Positions 28,956 through 39,754 are shown, counted from the first letter of the stretch. The stretch is 64,000 bases of DNA from Methanothrix sp. (GCA_963682135.1 OY821645.1:1088001-1152000); one strand, 5' to 3'. Notes: a model not told the origin generated them from the letters alone. Program-made: numbers and translations.

Positions 28956-29663
28956 ATGAATATGAGATGTTTAAGTGCGTTGATACTACTAGCTGCATTA
29001 GTAACCTTATCATCGGGATGCGTCCTGGCACAGGATGCCTCGAATGCTACAACTGACATGAATGCCACAAATGAAATGGCTGTTGCAGACGTTGCGCCTG
29101 TTGTTGAAGCTGCAGCACCTCTGACAGAGACCGCAGAGGCCACGCAAGCTGCACCTCAAGAGACGTTGTCGAGGTTCAAGCAGCTCTCCACCTTTGTTAA
29201 GGGGGCCACCACGGTTCTGGGAAAGAATACCGCCCAGGAATACACGGACGTGTCCAAGACAGCCAATCGTGATACAGTATTCACCCGTGAGGCAGGCGTT
29301 TCCACTCCTGCTGTAAAGGTCGGTATCACAAAGGTCAATACAGCAGAAGACAAGTATGTCCAGGTAACCAACCAGGCCGTAGGGTCCTGGGATCTGATGG
29401 GATGGACACTGGCCTCTGCCGGAAACACCACCTTTACCTTCCCGTCGCTGACTCTGGAAGAGAAAGCTATTGTGCGTGTCCATGAGGGAGAAGGTGCGGG
29501 CAGCGTGACCGATATTTATACCAATGGCACAGGACCACTCTGGATCGATAATCTGGTGTCCCTGCAGAATGCAGATGGAACTATCATCTCCACTTATGAC
29601 GTCTCCACCGCTCCTGCAGCAAGTGCGTGGGTCGATCCTCTGGCCAGCCAGATTCAGTACTAG
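28956..29663 (+). CDS. Secreted lamin-tail-domain protein
   Basis: Signal peptide; YVQVTN...WDLMGWTL...FTFP..TL...VRVH.G.G. Confidence 0.7.
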   Translation: MNMRCLSALILLAALVTLSSGCVLAQDASNATTDMNATNEMAVADVAPVVEAAAPLTETAEATQAAPQETLSRFKQLSTFVKGATTVLGKNTAQEYTDVSKTANRDTVFTREAGVSTPAVKVGITKVNTAEDKYVQVTNQAVGSWDLMGWTLASAGNTTFTFPSLTLEEKAIVRVHEGEGAGSVTDIYTNGTGPLWIDNLVSLQNADGTIISTYDVSTAPAASAWVDPLASQIQY

Positions 29664-29818
29664 AACGCAAAGCCCCAATTTTGGGGCGACATAACTTTTT
29701 TCTAAAGAAATTGGAATATCAATTCCTTGCAACCATCTGGAAATCAGTTCAGAGCATCAGAAAGATTGGGCCTCAAGGAGGCTCTCAAGTTGCACCGATC
29801 ATTGAGCCAGGCTCTTAT

Positions 29819-30553
29819 CTAGATATAGATCGCATATCCCGGTTCGACATTGATTATTTTTGTGCCGCCCCTCTCGAAGAACATCGTCTTCGGGTAGTTG
29901 AACTGACCGTCGTAGACCCGGATATCATGGTTGCGACCACCAACCACACTGAAGCTGAACTTTCCATCAAGCGGATCTCCACTAGTTCCTTCCGTGCCGA
30001 TGTAATTTTCATCCAGGAATACCTGATACCCCCTCATGCCTTGAGATACTATTGTGGCAGTGGAGTCGCCTGTGGCGGGAGCAGAAGACTGCGTGGCTGC
30101 AATGGATGCGGGAATTTGTACGACTGGATATGTTGAGGTTGGCCTTGGGTATACTCTTACGGACGATTTTGTTTGGGCATAATCCAGGGTCTTTTCCCAG
30201 TTCTTTTGGAATGGCTGCCATGTCATTGCAGCTAAAGAGTTCAATCTAAAGTCGGAATAATACGGCGATGGATAATATGGGTATATTCCATAGGGTCCTG
30301 GGTAGGTGCTGTTCCTGAATTGATACGGATATGCATAATCTCTGAAGAACTCAGCGCCAAAGTAGGGGTAGTAAATGTGTTCCCTGGTCTGGCCTTGGTT
30401 GGGGGAGAAGATCGGATCTGTGAAGTATTGGGCGATATCACCACCATAAGGGCCGACATATCCTCCATCAAGCCATTCCTCCCCACATGCCATGCTAATC
30501 AGCAAGCACAAAGTTAATACAGTTAGATGCGGCAAACATTTTCTGGACATCAT
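29819..30553 (-). CDS. Secreted Tyr/Pro-rich hypothetical protein with C-terminal beta domain
   Basis: Signal peptide; YQVFLDENYIG PEGA-like segment. Confidence 0.6.
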   Translation of the reverse strand: MMSRKCLPHLTVLTLCLLISMACGEEWLDGGYVGPYGGDIAQYFTDPIFSPNQGQTREHIYYPYFGAEFFRDYAYPYQFRNSTYPGPYGIYPYYPSPYYSDFRLNSLAAMTWQPFQKNWEKTLDYAQTKSSVRVYPRPTSTYPVVQIPASIAATQSSAPATGDSTATIVSQGMRGYQVFLDENYIGTEGTSGDPLDGKFSFSVVGGRNHDIRVYDGQFNYPKTMFFERGGTKIINVEPGYAIYI

Positions 30554-30896
30554 GGTTTTTCACAAAGGTACCTCTATCACTAATGGAATTTAACTTGTAG
30601 GGTCGGAAAGGACAAAGCGAGAAGTCCCTATCCTTCAGGGAGGAGATGAAAGCGGAGCCTTTTGCCCGGATCACTTTCGCCCCACGCGGATAATTATATT
30701 TGGATTCGCAAGACGATTCCACATAGTAGGGAGGGGACACCCCGAACCAGTCCGACGAGATCCGAACCACTGCAATCGACTTGAGAGAAGAATAAGGCGA
30801 TGTCAAGGCATTGGGAGGGACCCGGTTTACCTCGACTATCGCCGTATCGTCTGTAAACATTCGACGATATAAAGGCTGCGCTCGACTACAACCATT

Positions 30897-31151
30897 TTAC
30901 CATCTCGGTCCCGCCAAAGCCCGTTTCCCTTGATTTGTTAGTCTGGTCGCATATATGCCGTTGGGGAGGCTAAAACCTTCTGTATCCATTTCGCTCTGGT
31001 TATTGACATATCCCTGCATCTCCAAGACCCCTAGGCGTGCCCCGAGTTCTTCCGGATCAAGTTTTACCAGCGAATTAATGCGATCAGCTCTTGGGTAGGC
31101 AACCAGGAGGTCGGCTATTGCTTTCAGGATCTCAAAATCGATAGTGTCCGT
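30897..31151 (-). pseudogene. Frameshifted small winged-helix-like gene
   Basis: Hand translation (ACG)DTIDFEILKAI...LDPEELG / RLGVLEMQGYV...TRLTNQGKRAL needs one frameshift near 31040. Confidence 0.45.
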
Positions 31152-31279
31152 TATCTATCACCACAGGTTAAACAGATTGCAGCCCAATTATAGTTATCGT
31201 TTACAAGTGTTTGAGGACCCTCAATTGGCCTGCGGTCTTTGTCGAAATGATTTTATTGGTAGAGGACCACATTAAACTC

Positions 31280-31435
31280 ATGGCTATCGAGAGAAGTATT
31301 AAGAACTTAGTTTTGCTGGTTCTTGCAATCATAATCGTTGCTTTCCTCTGGAAGACCATGTGGTTTTTAGGTGGATTGGCGATATTCGCAATTTTGGTCT
31401 ATTTCGTTTACCTGTTACTCAAAGGCAACCTCTAA
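31280..31435 (+). CDS. Small two-TM membrane protein
   Basis: 51 aa, two hydrophobic stretches. Confidence 0.55.
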   Translation: MAIERSIKNLVLLVLAIIIVAFLWKTMWFLGGLAIFAILVYFVYLLLKGNL

Positions 31436-31520
31436 TCTGTCCACTTTCGTGGCATTACAGGAATCGCTCAATTTGGTGTTACCGACAGCCATATTGAGCG
31501 AGATCGAATTAATGAGCATA

Positions 31521-34500
31521 TTACGGTTGGGTGTGATGTCGGCCCTTACTGCAAGCCTCCAGAGCGGCCCTAAGCATCTCTATCTTGACGGGCTTGCTCA
31601 CGTAGTCATCCATGCCTGCTGCTAGGCAAGCCTCTCGATCACCCTTGAGGGCAGAAGCAGTCATGGCGATGATCACTGGCGTCTCTCCATCCGCCCATCT
31701 TTGACGTATCACCCGAGTAGCTTCAAGTCCGTCCATTTCCGGCATCTGTACGTCCATTAACACTACATCGTAATGCTGGCGCTCCAGGGCTTGCAAGACT
31801 TCAAATCCGTTGGCAGCCATGTCCGATCGATATCCCAGCTTGCTGAGCATCCTCTGAGTAACAATCTGATTAACCAAATTATCTTCCGCGAGCAATATGC
31901 TCATACTCTTATCGAGATTTCCCGGGACATCACCCCTCGATGCAGGCCTGTCGATTTCAATAGGATCGCAGGAGGTAGGTTCTGCCACAATTGTGAAATG
32001 GAAAGTAGACCCCTTGCCAACTTCACTCTCCACCCACATCTTTCCACCCATCAGCTCCGCCAGCCTCTTGCTTATGGCCAGTCCTAAACCGGTGCCACCG
32101 TACCGGCGCGCTGTCGATGCATCGACCTGACAAAACGACTGGAATAGGCGTACCATCTTATCATCCGGAATGCCGATTCCCGTATCCTTTACTGCAAAAT
32201 GAATTTCGTAGTTGCCGCCATCTACCGCTTTGCCTGAAACTGTGATTGTGATCTTGCCGTTTTCTGTGAACTTCACTGCATTATTGAGTAGATTGATCAA
32301 GATCTGATTGATCCTGGTGGGGTCTCCCAGTATCATGGTTGGAACGAGTCCTTCCAAGGTGTACGCTGTCTCCAGACCCTTCCGTTTGGCATCCATGGAT
32401 ACCATATCTAAAGACACCTCAAGGCAGTCATGCAGGTCAAATGACTGATGCTCCAGTTCCATCATCCCTGATTCGATTTTTGTGAGATCGAGTATGTTGT
32501 TGATGATGGAGAGAAGAGTATCTCCACTGCGGCGGATGATTTCGACGTCCTCTTTCTGATTCGTCGTTAGATTCTCATCCAGAAGAAGGCCGGTCATGCC
32601 TATTACTGCATTCATGGGCGTGCGGATCTCATGGCTCATATTGGCCAGAAATTCGGATTTGGCAAGCGTGGCAGATTCTGCTTTGTCTTTAGCCCTCTGA
32701 AGATCCTCTTCCGCGTGTTTTCGCTCTGTGATGTCACGGATGGATTCGATTGCTCCCCAGTAATTTCCGTCTGAGTCATAGAGTGCCGATGCACTACCCA
32801 GGAGATAGGTTTCATTTCCACGAAGATTAGGGATGTAGATTTCCGCGGCTAGAGTGCCGTCTTCATGCCTTTTTATAGCATTGTATTTTTTTTCTAAATT
32901 TTGATGTAATCCGTGGACTGCATCAATGAGTATCGGCCTGCGTTCACCATAGAAGGGCAGAGCATATTCATAATCTCCTTTCATCAGGATCTGCTCGGCC
33001 TTGACACCGGTCATCTTCTCCATCGATTGGTTCCAGGATATGACTCTGCCTTCTTTGTCGATGACAAGTGTAGCATCGGGGAGAAAGTCAATTATGCCTG
33101 TAAGAAGACGCTCGGACTCTTTCAGAGCGCTCTCCGCTTTCTTGCGATCGCTGATGTTTAGAGCTACTTGAACCACTCCTGTAACCATCTCCCTTTCATC
33201 CCTGATAGGACTGCTTCGAGAAAGCCATGTCTTCTCGTCGGGGGTGATCAATTCACCTTCCTGGGATTTGCCGGTCTGCATGGCTTTGACGGCGGTGCAA
33301 CCTTCACAGGGCGTATCGATTCCCTGGAGAATCTCAAAGCAGTGTTTTTCCTTAATTTCGTCTTCAGGGATGCGAAGGTGATCTCTTACTGACGAATTGA
33401 CCCAGATGATGCGCATCTTAGTATCGAGATAAATGACCGCCACTTTTTTCAGGCCGCTGAGAATTGCACCTTTTTCCTTTTCCGATTCACGTAATGCATC
33501 TTCTGCCCGGCTTCGTTCTACTGTTTCTGCCAGGGTCATGGCTAGAAATTGATTGCTTTCATCAAAAACCACTTTCTGACGGATGAACATTAGGCCAATA
33601 AGGAGTGCGAAGGTAGCGGTTACAATAGAATAGTTGATGATATGTGAGAATTCCTGGCCCCAGACGAAGAGCAAAAAAACGGCACCGATCCCTAAGAAGG
33701 GCAAGTTATGGGTCCAATTTGCCCTCTTGCTTTGTACAAAGCCTAAAGCACCAGGCTGATCCGATGGTGAAATATTCATCTGCAGAATTCCTGCCAGCCC
33801 AAGAAGGAGGTAACTCACCACCCAACCGCTATCGAGGATGCTTCCGGAGACGAAAGTTCCCCGTTGTGTCTGAATGCTGAAGAATGCATCCGCTAATATT
33901 AATGTTGCAATGCCTAGTGCCAGAATGATGATCGGCCCCTGTCCACAAGAGGCAAGCTTTCTGAAGAGCAGCTCTATGAGGGCAATGAAAAGGACCAAAT
34001 CCATGACGGGGTAAGCCAGCGAAACCACAGAAACCCAATCAAGCGCTTCAATGGAAATGACAATTGGGGCTATAAGCAAGACCCAAAACACCAAGGCGAC
34101 CGATACAATAACGATCGCGGCATCAAGCAGGATTTTGATTTTATCCCGAGAAGAGAGTGATACATCCGGAAGAAGAAATATTCCCAATGCGAAGAGTGGG
34201 TAGAACATGAGGTAGCCGATATCCGCGACCGAAGGAAATGGGTCCTGGTGGAAGATCAGCTCGATCACTGACCAAGATAGATCCCCAAGAGTATTGAAGA
34301 ACAGGGCGGCGGCAATAACCATCCAGGCTTTTCTGGCCCTGCCCGTAGATCGGCATCCCGTGCAAAACAATGCGACTGCTGCAAGACCGCTGGTTAATGT
34401 TACAAATCCATCTCCAATTACAAGGAAGCTCCTCTCCGTCCCGCTAAGGGCCACCAGTGTCATGTGAAGCAGCGCGATTATGATCGCCAGAATGGCGGCG

Positions 34501-34559
34501 CTGCGAAAAGATAAATATGTATTACATCTTGCACAACCCAACATATTGATCTTGGTCAC
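31521..34559 (-). CDS. Membrane hybrid sensor histidine kinase (TM sensor-PAS-PAS-HisKA-HATPase-REC)
   Basis: FLANMSHEIRTPMN, NAVKFT, DTGIG, GGTGLGL, LMDVQMPEMDG. Confidence 0.93.
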   Translation of the reverse strand: MTKINMLGCARCNTYLSFRSAAILAIIIALLHMTLVALSGTERSFLVIGDGFVTLTSGLAAVALFCTGCRSTGRARKAWMVIAAALFFNTLGDLSWSVIELIFHQDPFPSVADIGYLMFYPLFALGIFLLPDVSLSSRDKIKILLDAAIVIVSVALVFWVLLIAPIVISIEALDWVSVVSLAYPVMDLVLFIALIELLFRKLASCGQGPIIILALGIATLILADAFFSIQTQRGTFVSGSILDSGWVVSYLLLGLAGILQMNISPSDQPGALGFVQSKRANWTHNLPFLGIGAVFLLFVWGQEFSHIINYSIVTATFALLIGLMFIRQKVVFDESNQFLAMTLAETVERSRAEDALRESEKEKGAILSGLKKVAVIYLDTKMRIIWVNSSVRDHLRIPEDEIKEKHCFEILQGIDTPCEGCTAVKAMQTGKSQEGELITPDEKTWLSRSSPIRDEREMVTGVVQVALNISDRKKAESALKESERLLTGIIDFLPDATLVIDKEGRVISWNQSMEKMTGVKAEQILMKGDYEYALPFYGERRPILIDAVHGLHQNLEKKYNAIKRHEDGTLAAEIYIPNLRGNETYLLGSASALYDSDGNYWGAIESIRDITERKHAEEDLQRAKDKAESATLAKSEFLANMSHEIRTPMNAVIGMTGLLLDENLTTNQKEDVEIIRRSGDTLLSIINNILDLTKIESGMMELEHQSFDLHDCLEVSLDMVSMDAKRKGLETAYTLEGLVPTMILGDPTRINQILINLLNNAVKFTENGKITITVSGKAVDGGNYEIHFAVKDTGIGIPDDKMVRLFQSFCQVDASTARRYGGTGLGLAISKRLAELMGGKMWVESEVGKGSTFHFTIVAEPTSCDPIEIDRPASRGDVPGNLDKSMSILLAEDNLVNQIVTQRMLSKLGYRSDMAANGFEVLQALERQHYDVVLMDVQMPEMDGLEATRVIRQRWADGETPVIIAMTASALKGDREACLAAGMDDYVSKPVKIEMLRAALEACSKGRHHTQP

Positions 34560-34843
34560 CCTATCATCGTTGTAGAATAACTAGCCAAAAAAGCTTTTGG
34601 TATACAGCCTTCGTTGGTTAATACTACTAAACTAATAATATCTTAGAAATTAAGTATGATGGGTGGTTTTCTAGCTCAGGATAGAAGGAAATTGTGGATA
34701 ATTGCCCGTCTGATTGTTCCAACCGCATTTCTTATATTCAAGATATTGTCCCACAAGTTGTGCATACGATACTGTAAAAGAATAATTATAATGTACCCAG
34801 GCTCATCAGCTTCATGTATCACTCTATCACCAACAGGCATGAT

Positions 34844-35395
34844 TCATAGGGATAATAGCTTGCTTCTGCTGAAGCGAATCTTTGGCTCGGAGATGGGACT
34901 CAAGCCTGCCTGCCGAGCAATATCGATCGTCCTTTCAAAAGCAGATGCTGAAACATGGAACATGGGCTCAACAACCAGCAGCTTTCCTTTGGGTTTGAGC
35001 ACGCAGGCGATCTCCTTTAGGAAGGCTTTTGCATTGGGCACTTCATGAACCATGTAGAAAGCCAGAGCAAAATCAACCATTTCGGATAAGCCGATCCGGT
35101 CCGGATCGCTCTTATGGGTGAGTATTCTGGATACCAGTCCCTCCTGAGCCGCTTTCGTCCTCACTATTTCGAGCATTTCCTCCTGGATATCAACTGCAAT
35201 GACTTTTCCCGATTTGCCCACCATTTTCGCCATGGTGATTGTAAAAGTACCTGGTCCGCATCCGAGATCAAGAACGGTCTGTCCCGGTTTTATATGCTCG
35301 CCCAAGATTTTTTGAGGATTATGAATGAGCCTGCGAATTGGATTGTCCAGAGCCCGGGCAATCTTCCAGGAACAGATGCGTGATGTTTCACTCAT
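34844..35395 (-). CDS. Class I SAM-dependent methyltransferase
   Basis: VLDLGCGPG, AVDIQ, LKP.G. Confidence 0.88.
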   Translation of the reverse strand: MSETSRICSWKIARALDNPIRRLIHNPQKILGEHIKPGQTVLDLGCGPGTFTITMAKMVGKSGKVIAVDIQEEMLEIVRTKAAQEGLVSRILTHKSDPDRIGLSEMVDFALAFYMVHEVPNAKAFLKEIACVLKPKGKLLVVEPMFHVSASAFERTIDIARQAGLSPISEPKIRFSRSKLLSL

Positions 35396-35688
35396 TTAGG
35401 ACCCCCCTCGGATACTTCCCATCTTGCCATCGACCTTCTTTTGCAGCTTATCCTTCCGTCCCGATAATCTATCTATTACCGCTTTCATCTCAGTTCCTCA
35501 TGGTGGATTGCATCTCTCGCATGGCAAATACTCGTCCGTGTAGATAAAGTGGTTTGCCTTCGATGTGGACCTGATTCCAGTTTCCCAAAGGAGCAAATTT
35601 TCAAGCATCAGAGTGTAGGCTTTGGGCACTGTCAAGGCGTCAGGAAGATAAGCAAGGAACAGAAAGGAAGATCGGCGAGGGCATTGAT

Positions 35689-36354
35689 ATGAATCGTTGT
35701 TTGGGATTAATTATGAGAAAATCAGGGCTCCTGCTTATCCTCACATTTATGTTTGTATCGAGTTTTGCTCAAGCTACATTGGCGAATTGCCCGGCTTGCA
35801 TGGGAGAACAACCTGATTGGACACAAAGCGCTACAGCTTTTTTGGAAGGAAAGCCCATCCAAGACACGGCATCCACTCTGAGCGGCCCACAACAGGCTAG
35901 ACTGCTAAATGCACAAATCGATGCAAGGAAAAAAGCAAGTCAAGCTTCAAATACGGCAGGTGATACAACCGCAAAGCCGATGCAAAACTCGACTGCGTTG
36001 TTCGATATTGACCTGAATGACATACGCGCTGTGCCCAATCCCGCAAATTTCAATGATGAGATCAAAATAATAGCCGTTTTCGGGAATACCAGCTCTAACT
36101 TAACAACTCCGGATAAATCTTCGAAAATAATTGATCAGGCCAATCTTACGGTCTATGCCGACATCATCAACTCCGCCGGAATAAATGTTGGCAAGGTGAA
36201 TCTGAAACCATCATCTGAGAATGGATATTTTGGAATATGGAATGCCAGTGTAGAATCAGACATCTATAATGCAACAATCGAGGCATCTGGTCGCGATGGA
36301 GTAAAAACGTTTAATAACGCCCTGCAAATCGTAGTAGGCACTCCTGGTAAATAA
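35689..36354 (+). CDS. Secreted hypothetical protein (N-terminal CPAC)
   Basis: Signal peptide, CxxC, Ig-like C-terminus; start may be 35713. Confidence 0.55.
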   Translation: MNRCLGLIMRKSGLLLILTFMFVSSFAQATLANCPACMGEQPDWTQSATAFLEGKPIQDTASTLSGPQQARLLNAQIDARKKASQASNTAGDTTAKPMQNSTALFDIDLNDIRAVPNPANFNDEIKIIAVFGNTSSNLTTPDKSSKIIDQANLTVYADIINSAGINVGKVNLKPSSENGYFGIWNASVESDIYNATIEASGRDGVKTFNNALQIVVGTPGK

Positions 36355-36621
36355 AGGTGAATGCTGCTGGCAACAAAGAGCGAGGATTCTATCCCTTTTA
36401 TAGAGGCAGCGGATCCGGACAACCCTTCAGACCAGGTGGGCAAATACAGTTTCCGTTATTGCATATTTTCCAGGGGGGGGCATTCCCCGCAGCATTCAGG
36501 CGTTTTCAGATCCAATCGCTTCTTTGGGCATCTTACATCATCCTTGAAGCGGTACGGAAAAATAATTCAGTCACCCATAGAAGAGATCTTTGAGAGCCAA
36601 ATAACTAAAATCGATAGGTAT

Positions 36622-36709
36622 TGGTGCGGGGGATGGGATTCGAACCCACGAACACCTTCGTGACTGGACCCTGAATCCAGCGCCTTTGACCTGGCTTGGC
36701 AACCCCCGC
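36622..36709 (-). tRNA. tRNA-Leu(CAG), CCA encoded
   Basis: GCGGGGG acceptor, CTGGA-TTCAGGG-TCCAG anticodon arm, long variable arm, GGTTCGAATCC. Confidence 0.95.
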
Positions 36710-36885
36710 AAAGGATGCAGCCAATCTCATGCAGTAGTAGTATTTAACAGTATTCATAGGGGCCGTCAAGAACAAGCCTCACAGTCCTTCGACCTATCGT
36801 AGAACCAATCAGCTTGGTCCTTGGCAAAGTTTATTTAGATGTCGCTAAACCTACATAATTGTATTGTATTGAGGTGTGATGAATT

Positions 36886-38490
36886 ATGCCAGATGCAGAT
36901 GACTATTTCGGGCCCAAAGCAGTCTACGACCACTTCATGAAGATAACAACCCTAAAACATCCCTCTCGTGATGAAGCCCATCCGGAAGAAGGCAATGAAG
37001 ATGAAGTGCGCCAGTATGTGGCAGATTGCGCCAACAAGATCGAAAATATTGAGACGCCCATTTTTTACGAAGCTAATGCAACGGATGCCGGCAAAAGGGT
37101 TATTGTTGTTCGCAGGAAGGGGTCGGGACAATATTCTGCGGCTCCATATGTCACCCTCCAGGCACACATGGATATGGTCTGTTTCCCCAAAAATGATATC
37201 TTTCCATTAAATGTTTTTGACTTTGAGATCAAGAAGGAGAATGGGGAGAATGGGGAGAAATGGATAAAGGCTGGAGACAAGGATAGCATCAGCAATCCAA
37301 AAAAGGGCACCACTCTGGGAGCGGATGACGGCATCGGCGTTGCAACCGCCCTGGCGCTGCTGGAGGATGAAACGCTAAAAGAGTACCCTCTGGAGTGCTT
37401 CTTCACCGTCCAGGAAGAGAATGACATGGGCGGAGCAGAGCACTTCGATAAGGCTCTGCTTCATGGCCGAAAATACATCAACCTCGATGCTGAGGATATA
37501 AAGACCATACTCTATGGCTGCGCAGGCGGTTGCGACTTCTCATTTTCGGGAACCGTTGAGCGGTCGGATATGGTGAATGATTTTGTTGCTCTGAAGGTCT
37601 CGATTTCAGGCCTTCGTGGCGGGCATTCAGGCGTCAACATCAATAATGGTAGGCTCAATGCCATTAAAGGTATAACGGAAATCCTCATTAACCTCAATGA
37701 GCGAATTGTTAATCGAGATGTTGGAGATATCGCCGGTTACGAACTGCGCCTTATTTCGATGGAAAGAGATGAGCAGACCAAGATGAATTCCATCCCCAGC
37801 AGTGCTAGTGCTGTGGTTGCCATCGCGAAGGATAAAAAGGAGAGTTTTGAGAATAATTTTGCTGCTCAATGCAATGCATTAAAAGCGCTTTATCAGCCTG
37901 AAGAGGATAAATTCAGCTGGCAGGTCTGCTGGCAGGGAGATGATCAGGCAAAGCCGCTGAGCAAGATCTCGACTGATGCGCTTCTTTGTCTGCTCAGCCG
38001 GATACCTCACGGCGTCATTCGAATGATACCGCAAAAGGATAACGCGAGCCTGGTCGAGACATCGAGCAACCTGGCGGGAATTGAGATTGGCAATGAGGCT
38101 GCTATCATCAAAGGATCAAACCGCAGCTCCAATGATGCTAATATGAAGGCTCTCAAGAATGTCCAAATTAACATAGCCAATTGCTTCGATTATTCAGTGA
38201 AATATACCGATGGGTATCCAGCCTGGCAGCCGAACGAAAAATCCGAGCTGCTTGCAATAGCCAAAGATGTTTATGGGAGCAAATATCCTGGATATAACGC
38301 GACTGTGATCCATGCCGGCCTGGAATGCAGCCAGGTAGTAGCCAAGTACGGCAGCGAGATAGATTGCATCTCCATCGGTCCCACCATAGTCGATCCCCAC
38401 TCGGGTGGCGAACGTCTCAAGACGTCAACCGTAGAGCAATTCTATGATGCGGTAGGGCAAATTCTTCATAAGATTTTCGAGAAGAAGTAG
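36886..38490 (+). CDS. pepD: M20 aminoacyl-histidine dipeptidase (PepD-like)
   Basis: LQAHMDMV, TLGADDGIGVA, TVQEE..M.GA, GL.GGHSG, IHAGLEC. Confidence 0.85.
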   Translation: MPDADDYFGPKAVYDHFMKITTLKHPSRDEAHPEEGNEDEVRQYVADCANKIENIETPIFYEANATDAGKRVIVVRRKGSGQYSAAPYVTLQAHMDMVCFPKNDIFPLNVFDFEIKKENGENGEKWIKAGDKDSISNPKKGTTLGADDGIGVATALALLEDETLKEYPLECFFTVQEENDMGGAEHFDKALLHGRKYINLDAEDIKTILYGCAGGCDFSFSGTVERSDMVNDFVALKVSISGLRGGHSGVNINNGRLNAIKGITEILINLNERIVNRDVGDIAGYELRLISMERDEQTKMNSIPSSASAVVAIAKDKKESFENNFAAQCNALKALYQPEEDKFSWQVCWQGDDQAKPLSKISTDALLCLLSRIPHGVIRMIPQKDNASLVETSSNLAGIEIGNEAAIIKGSNRSSNDANMKALKNVQINIANCFDYSVKYTDGYPAWQPNEKSELLAIAKDVYGSKYPGYNATVIHAGLECSQVVAKYGSEIDCISIGPTIVDPHSGGERLKTSTVEQFYDAVGQILHKIFEKK

Positions 38491-38644
38491 CAAGGAAACG
38501 GCTGAGGATAATAATCGCCCTCAGCCCATTTCATGCAGGCCGATTAGCTCCATTAAAAACGAAGTAAGATCTCTGAATCAACTGGCTGGCGTATCGCAAT
38601 CCTGGCATTTGAGCGGATGAAGCCGGGCGCAAATAGCGATTGGG

Positions 38645-38818
38645 CTAGGAAGGAAGAAAACCTGCACATTGATAACAGGCCCCATTATTATATTGATCGC
38701 ACATCCCATAATAAGGAATTGGGCCAGCGGGTTTGTTATACTTGCACAAAGTAAGCACCATCTCTTCATCCGATTGTCTCACAACGACTGTCAATTCGGG
38801 TTTTATCCATGATTTCAT
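38645..38818 (-). CDS. 57-aa Cys-rich peptide, RiPP-precursor-like
   Basis: MKSWIKPELTVVVRQSDEEMVLTLCK leader-like part, then 4-Cys core; GAGGT upstream. Confidence 0.6.
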   Translation of the reverse strand: MKSWIKPELTVVVRQSDEEMVLTLCKYNKPAGPIPYYGMCDQYNNGACYQCAGFLPS

Positions 38819-38908
38819 CAGAATAACCTCTATCAAAGTGCAAATTGTGTGGCAAAACAGGAAATAAAAATGCAAGGAACTTGATGAGGCCCTTTTCCTT
38901 GCAATTAA

Positions 38909-38981
38909 CGCCCGGACCGGGATTCGAACCCGGGTCGAAAGCTCGACAGGCTTTCATGATGGGCCACTACACCATCCGGAC
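38909..38981 (-). tRNA. tRNA-Asp(GTC)
   Basis: AAAGC-CTGTCGA-GCTTT anticodon arm, GGTTCGAATCC T-loop. Confidence 0.95.
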
Positions 38982-38991
38982 AGTTTTCAGA

Positions 38992-39099
38992 TCCCGCCTC
39001 CCAGATTCGAACCGGGGACATCGCGGTGACTGCGCGTAGCACCTCTACGGTGCGAGACATACTACAGCCGCGCACTCTACCAGGCTGAGTTAAGGCGGG
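38992..39099 (-). tRNA. tRNA-Tyr(GTA) with 34-nt intron at 37/38 (39028-39061)
   Basis: CGCGG-CTGTAG[intron]A-CCGCG; bulge-helix-bulge (CUGU/GCAG helix). Confidence 0.93.
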
Positions 39100-39223
39100 C
39101 CTCTCGCTACCAGGTTATTCCTTGTACTTAAGCCCTTCGACACTAACTTCCACAAAAGGCTTTTTGGAGGGTGGCAGCCGATGGCAAAATATAATTATGG
39201 GATGCGATTTTGGGAGGAGCTTG

Positions 39224-39754
39224 ATGCTCATAGGAATTATGTCCGATGCCCATGACAGTATCCAAGGCGTCAAGGATGCTCTGCGGGTTTTTTCTTCCAG
39301 GAAAGTGGATCTGGTGCTCTTTGCCGGCGACATGATCGGCTCGGGTAACTGCTATACCTTCGAAGGCTTTGGCATTCCCCTCAAGCTGGTCTACGGAAAT
39401 AACGACGGAGACCGCGTCGGCCTGGCCCGCGAGTTTGCTCGCGTGGGCGGCGAGTACCTGGGCGACTTTGGGGAGATCGAGGCGGGCGGCCTGAAGATAG
39501 CACTCATGCACGGCACCGAGGAGCCGGTGGTAAAGGCCGTGGTAGCCTCTCAGCTCTATGATGTCGTGGTCCGCGGACATAACCATCGTGCTGAAGCGAC
39601 AAGGCACGAGAGGACGCTCCTGATCAACCCCGGCGAGATCTGGGGCCACTTCACCGGCCTCTCCAGCATCGCCATCCTGGACACCGCCCGCCTGGCTGTG
39701 GAGATGATCGAGCTGGGCCGCCACAAGACCTTCCGCGAGATCATCAAGGAATGA
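39224..39754 (+). CDS. YfcE-like metallophosphoesterase
   Basis: SDAHD, AGD, GNND, GHNH, INPG. Confidence 0.9.
   Translation: MLIGIMSDAHDSIQGVKDALRVFSSRKVDLVLFAGDMIGSGNCYTFEGFGIPLKLVYGNNDGDRVGLAREFARVGGEYLGDFGEIEAGGLKIALMHGTEEPVVKAVVASQLYDVVVRGHNHRAEATRHERTLLINPGEIWGHFTGLSSIAILDTARLAVEMIELGRHKTFREIIKE

Noticed and set aside
36361-36663. ORFs overlapping tRNA genes (also 38766-39039)
   Set aside because: Translations of tRNA sequence, e.g. WCGGWDSNPR and PGPGFEPG
39028-39061. tRNA-Tyr intron as a novelty
   Set aside because: Canonical 37/38 BHB intron, common in archaea
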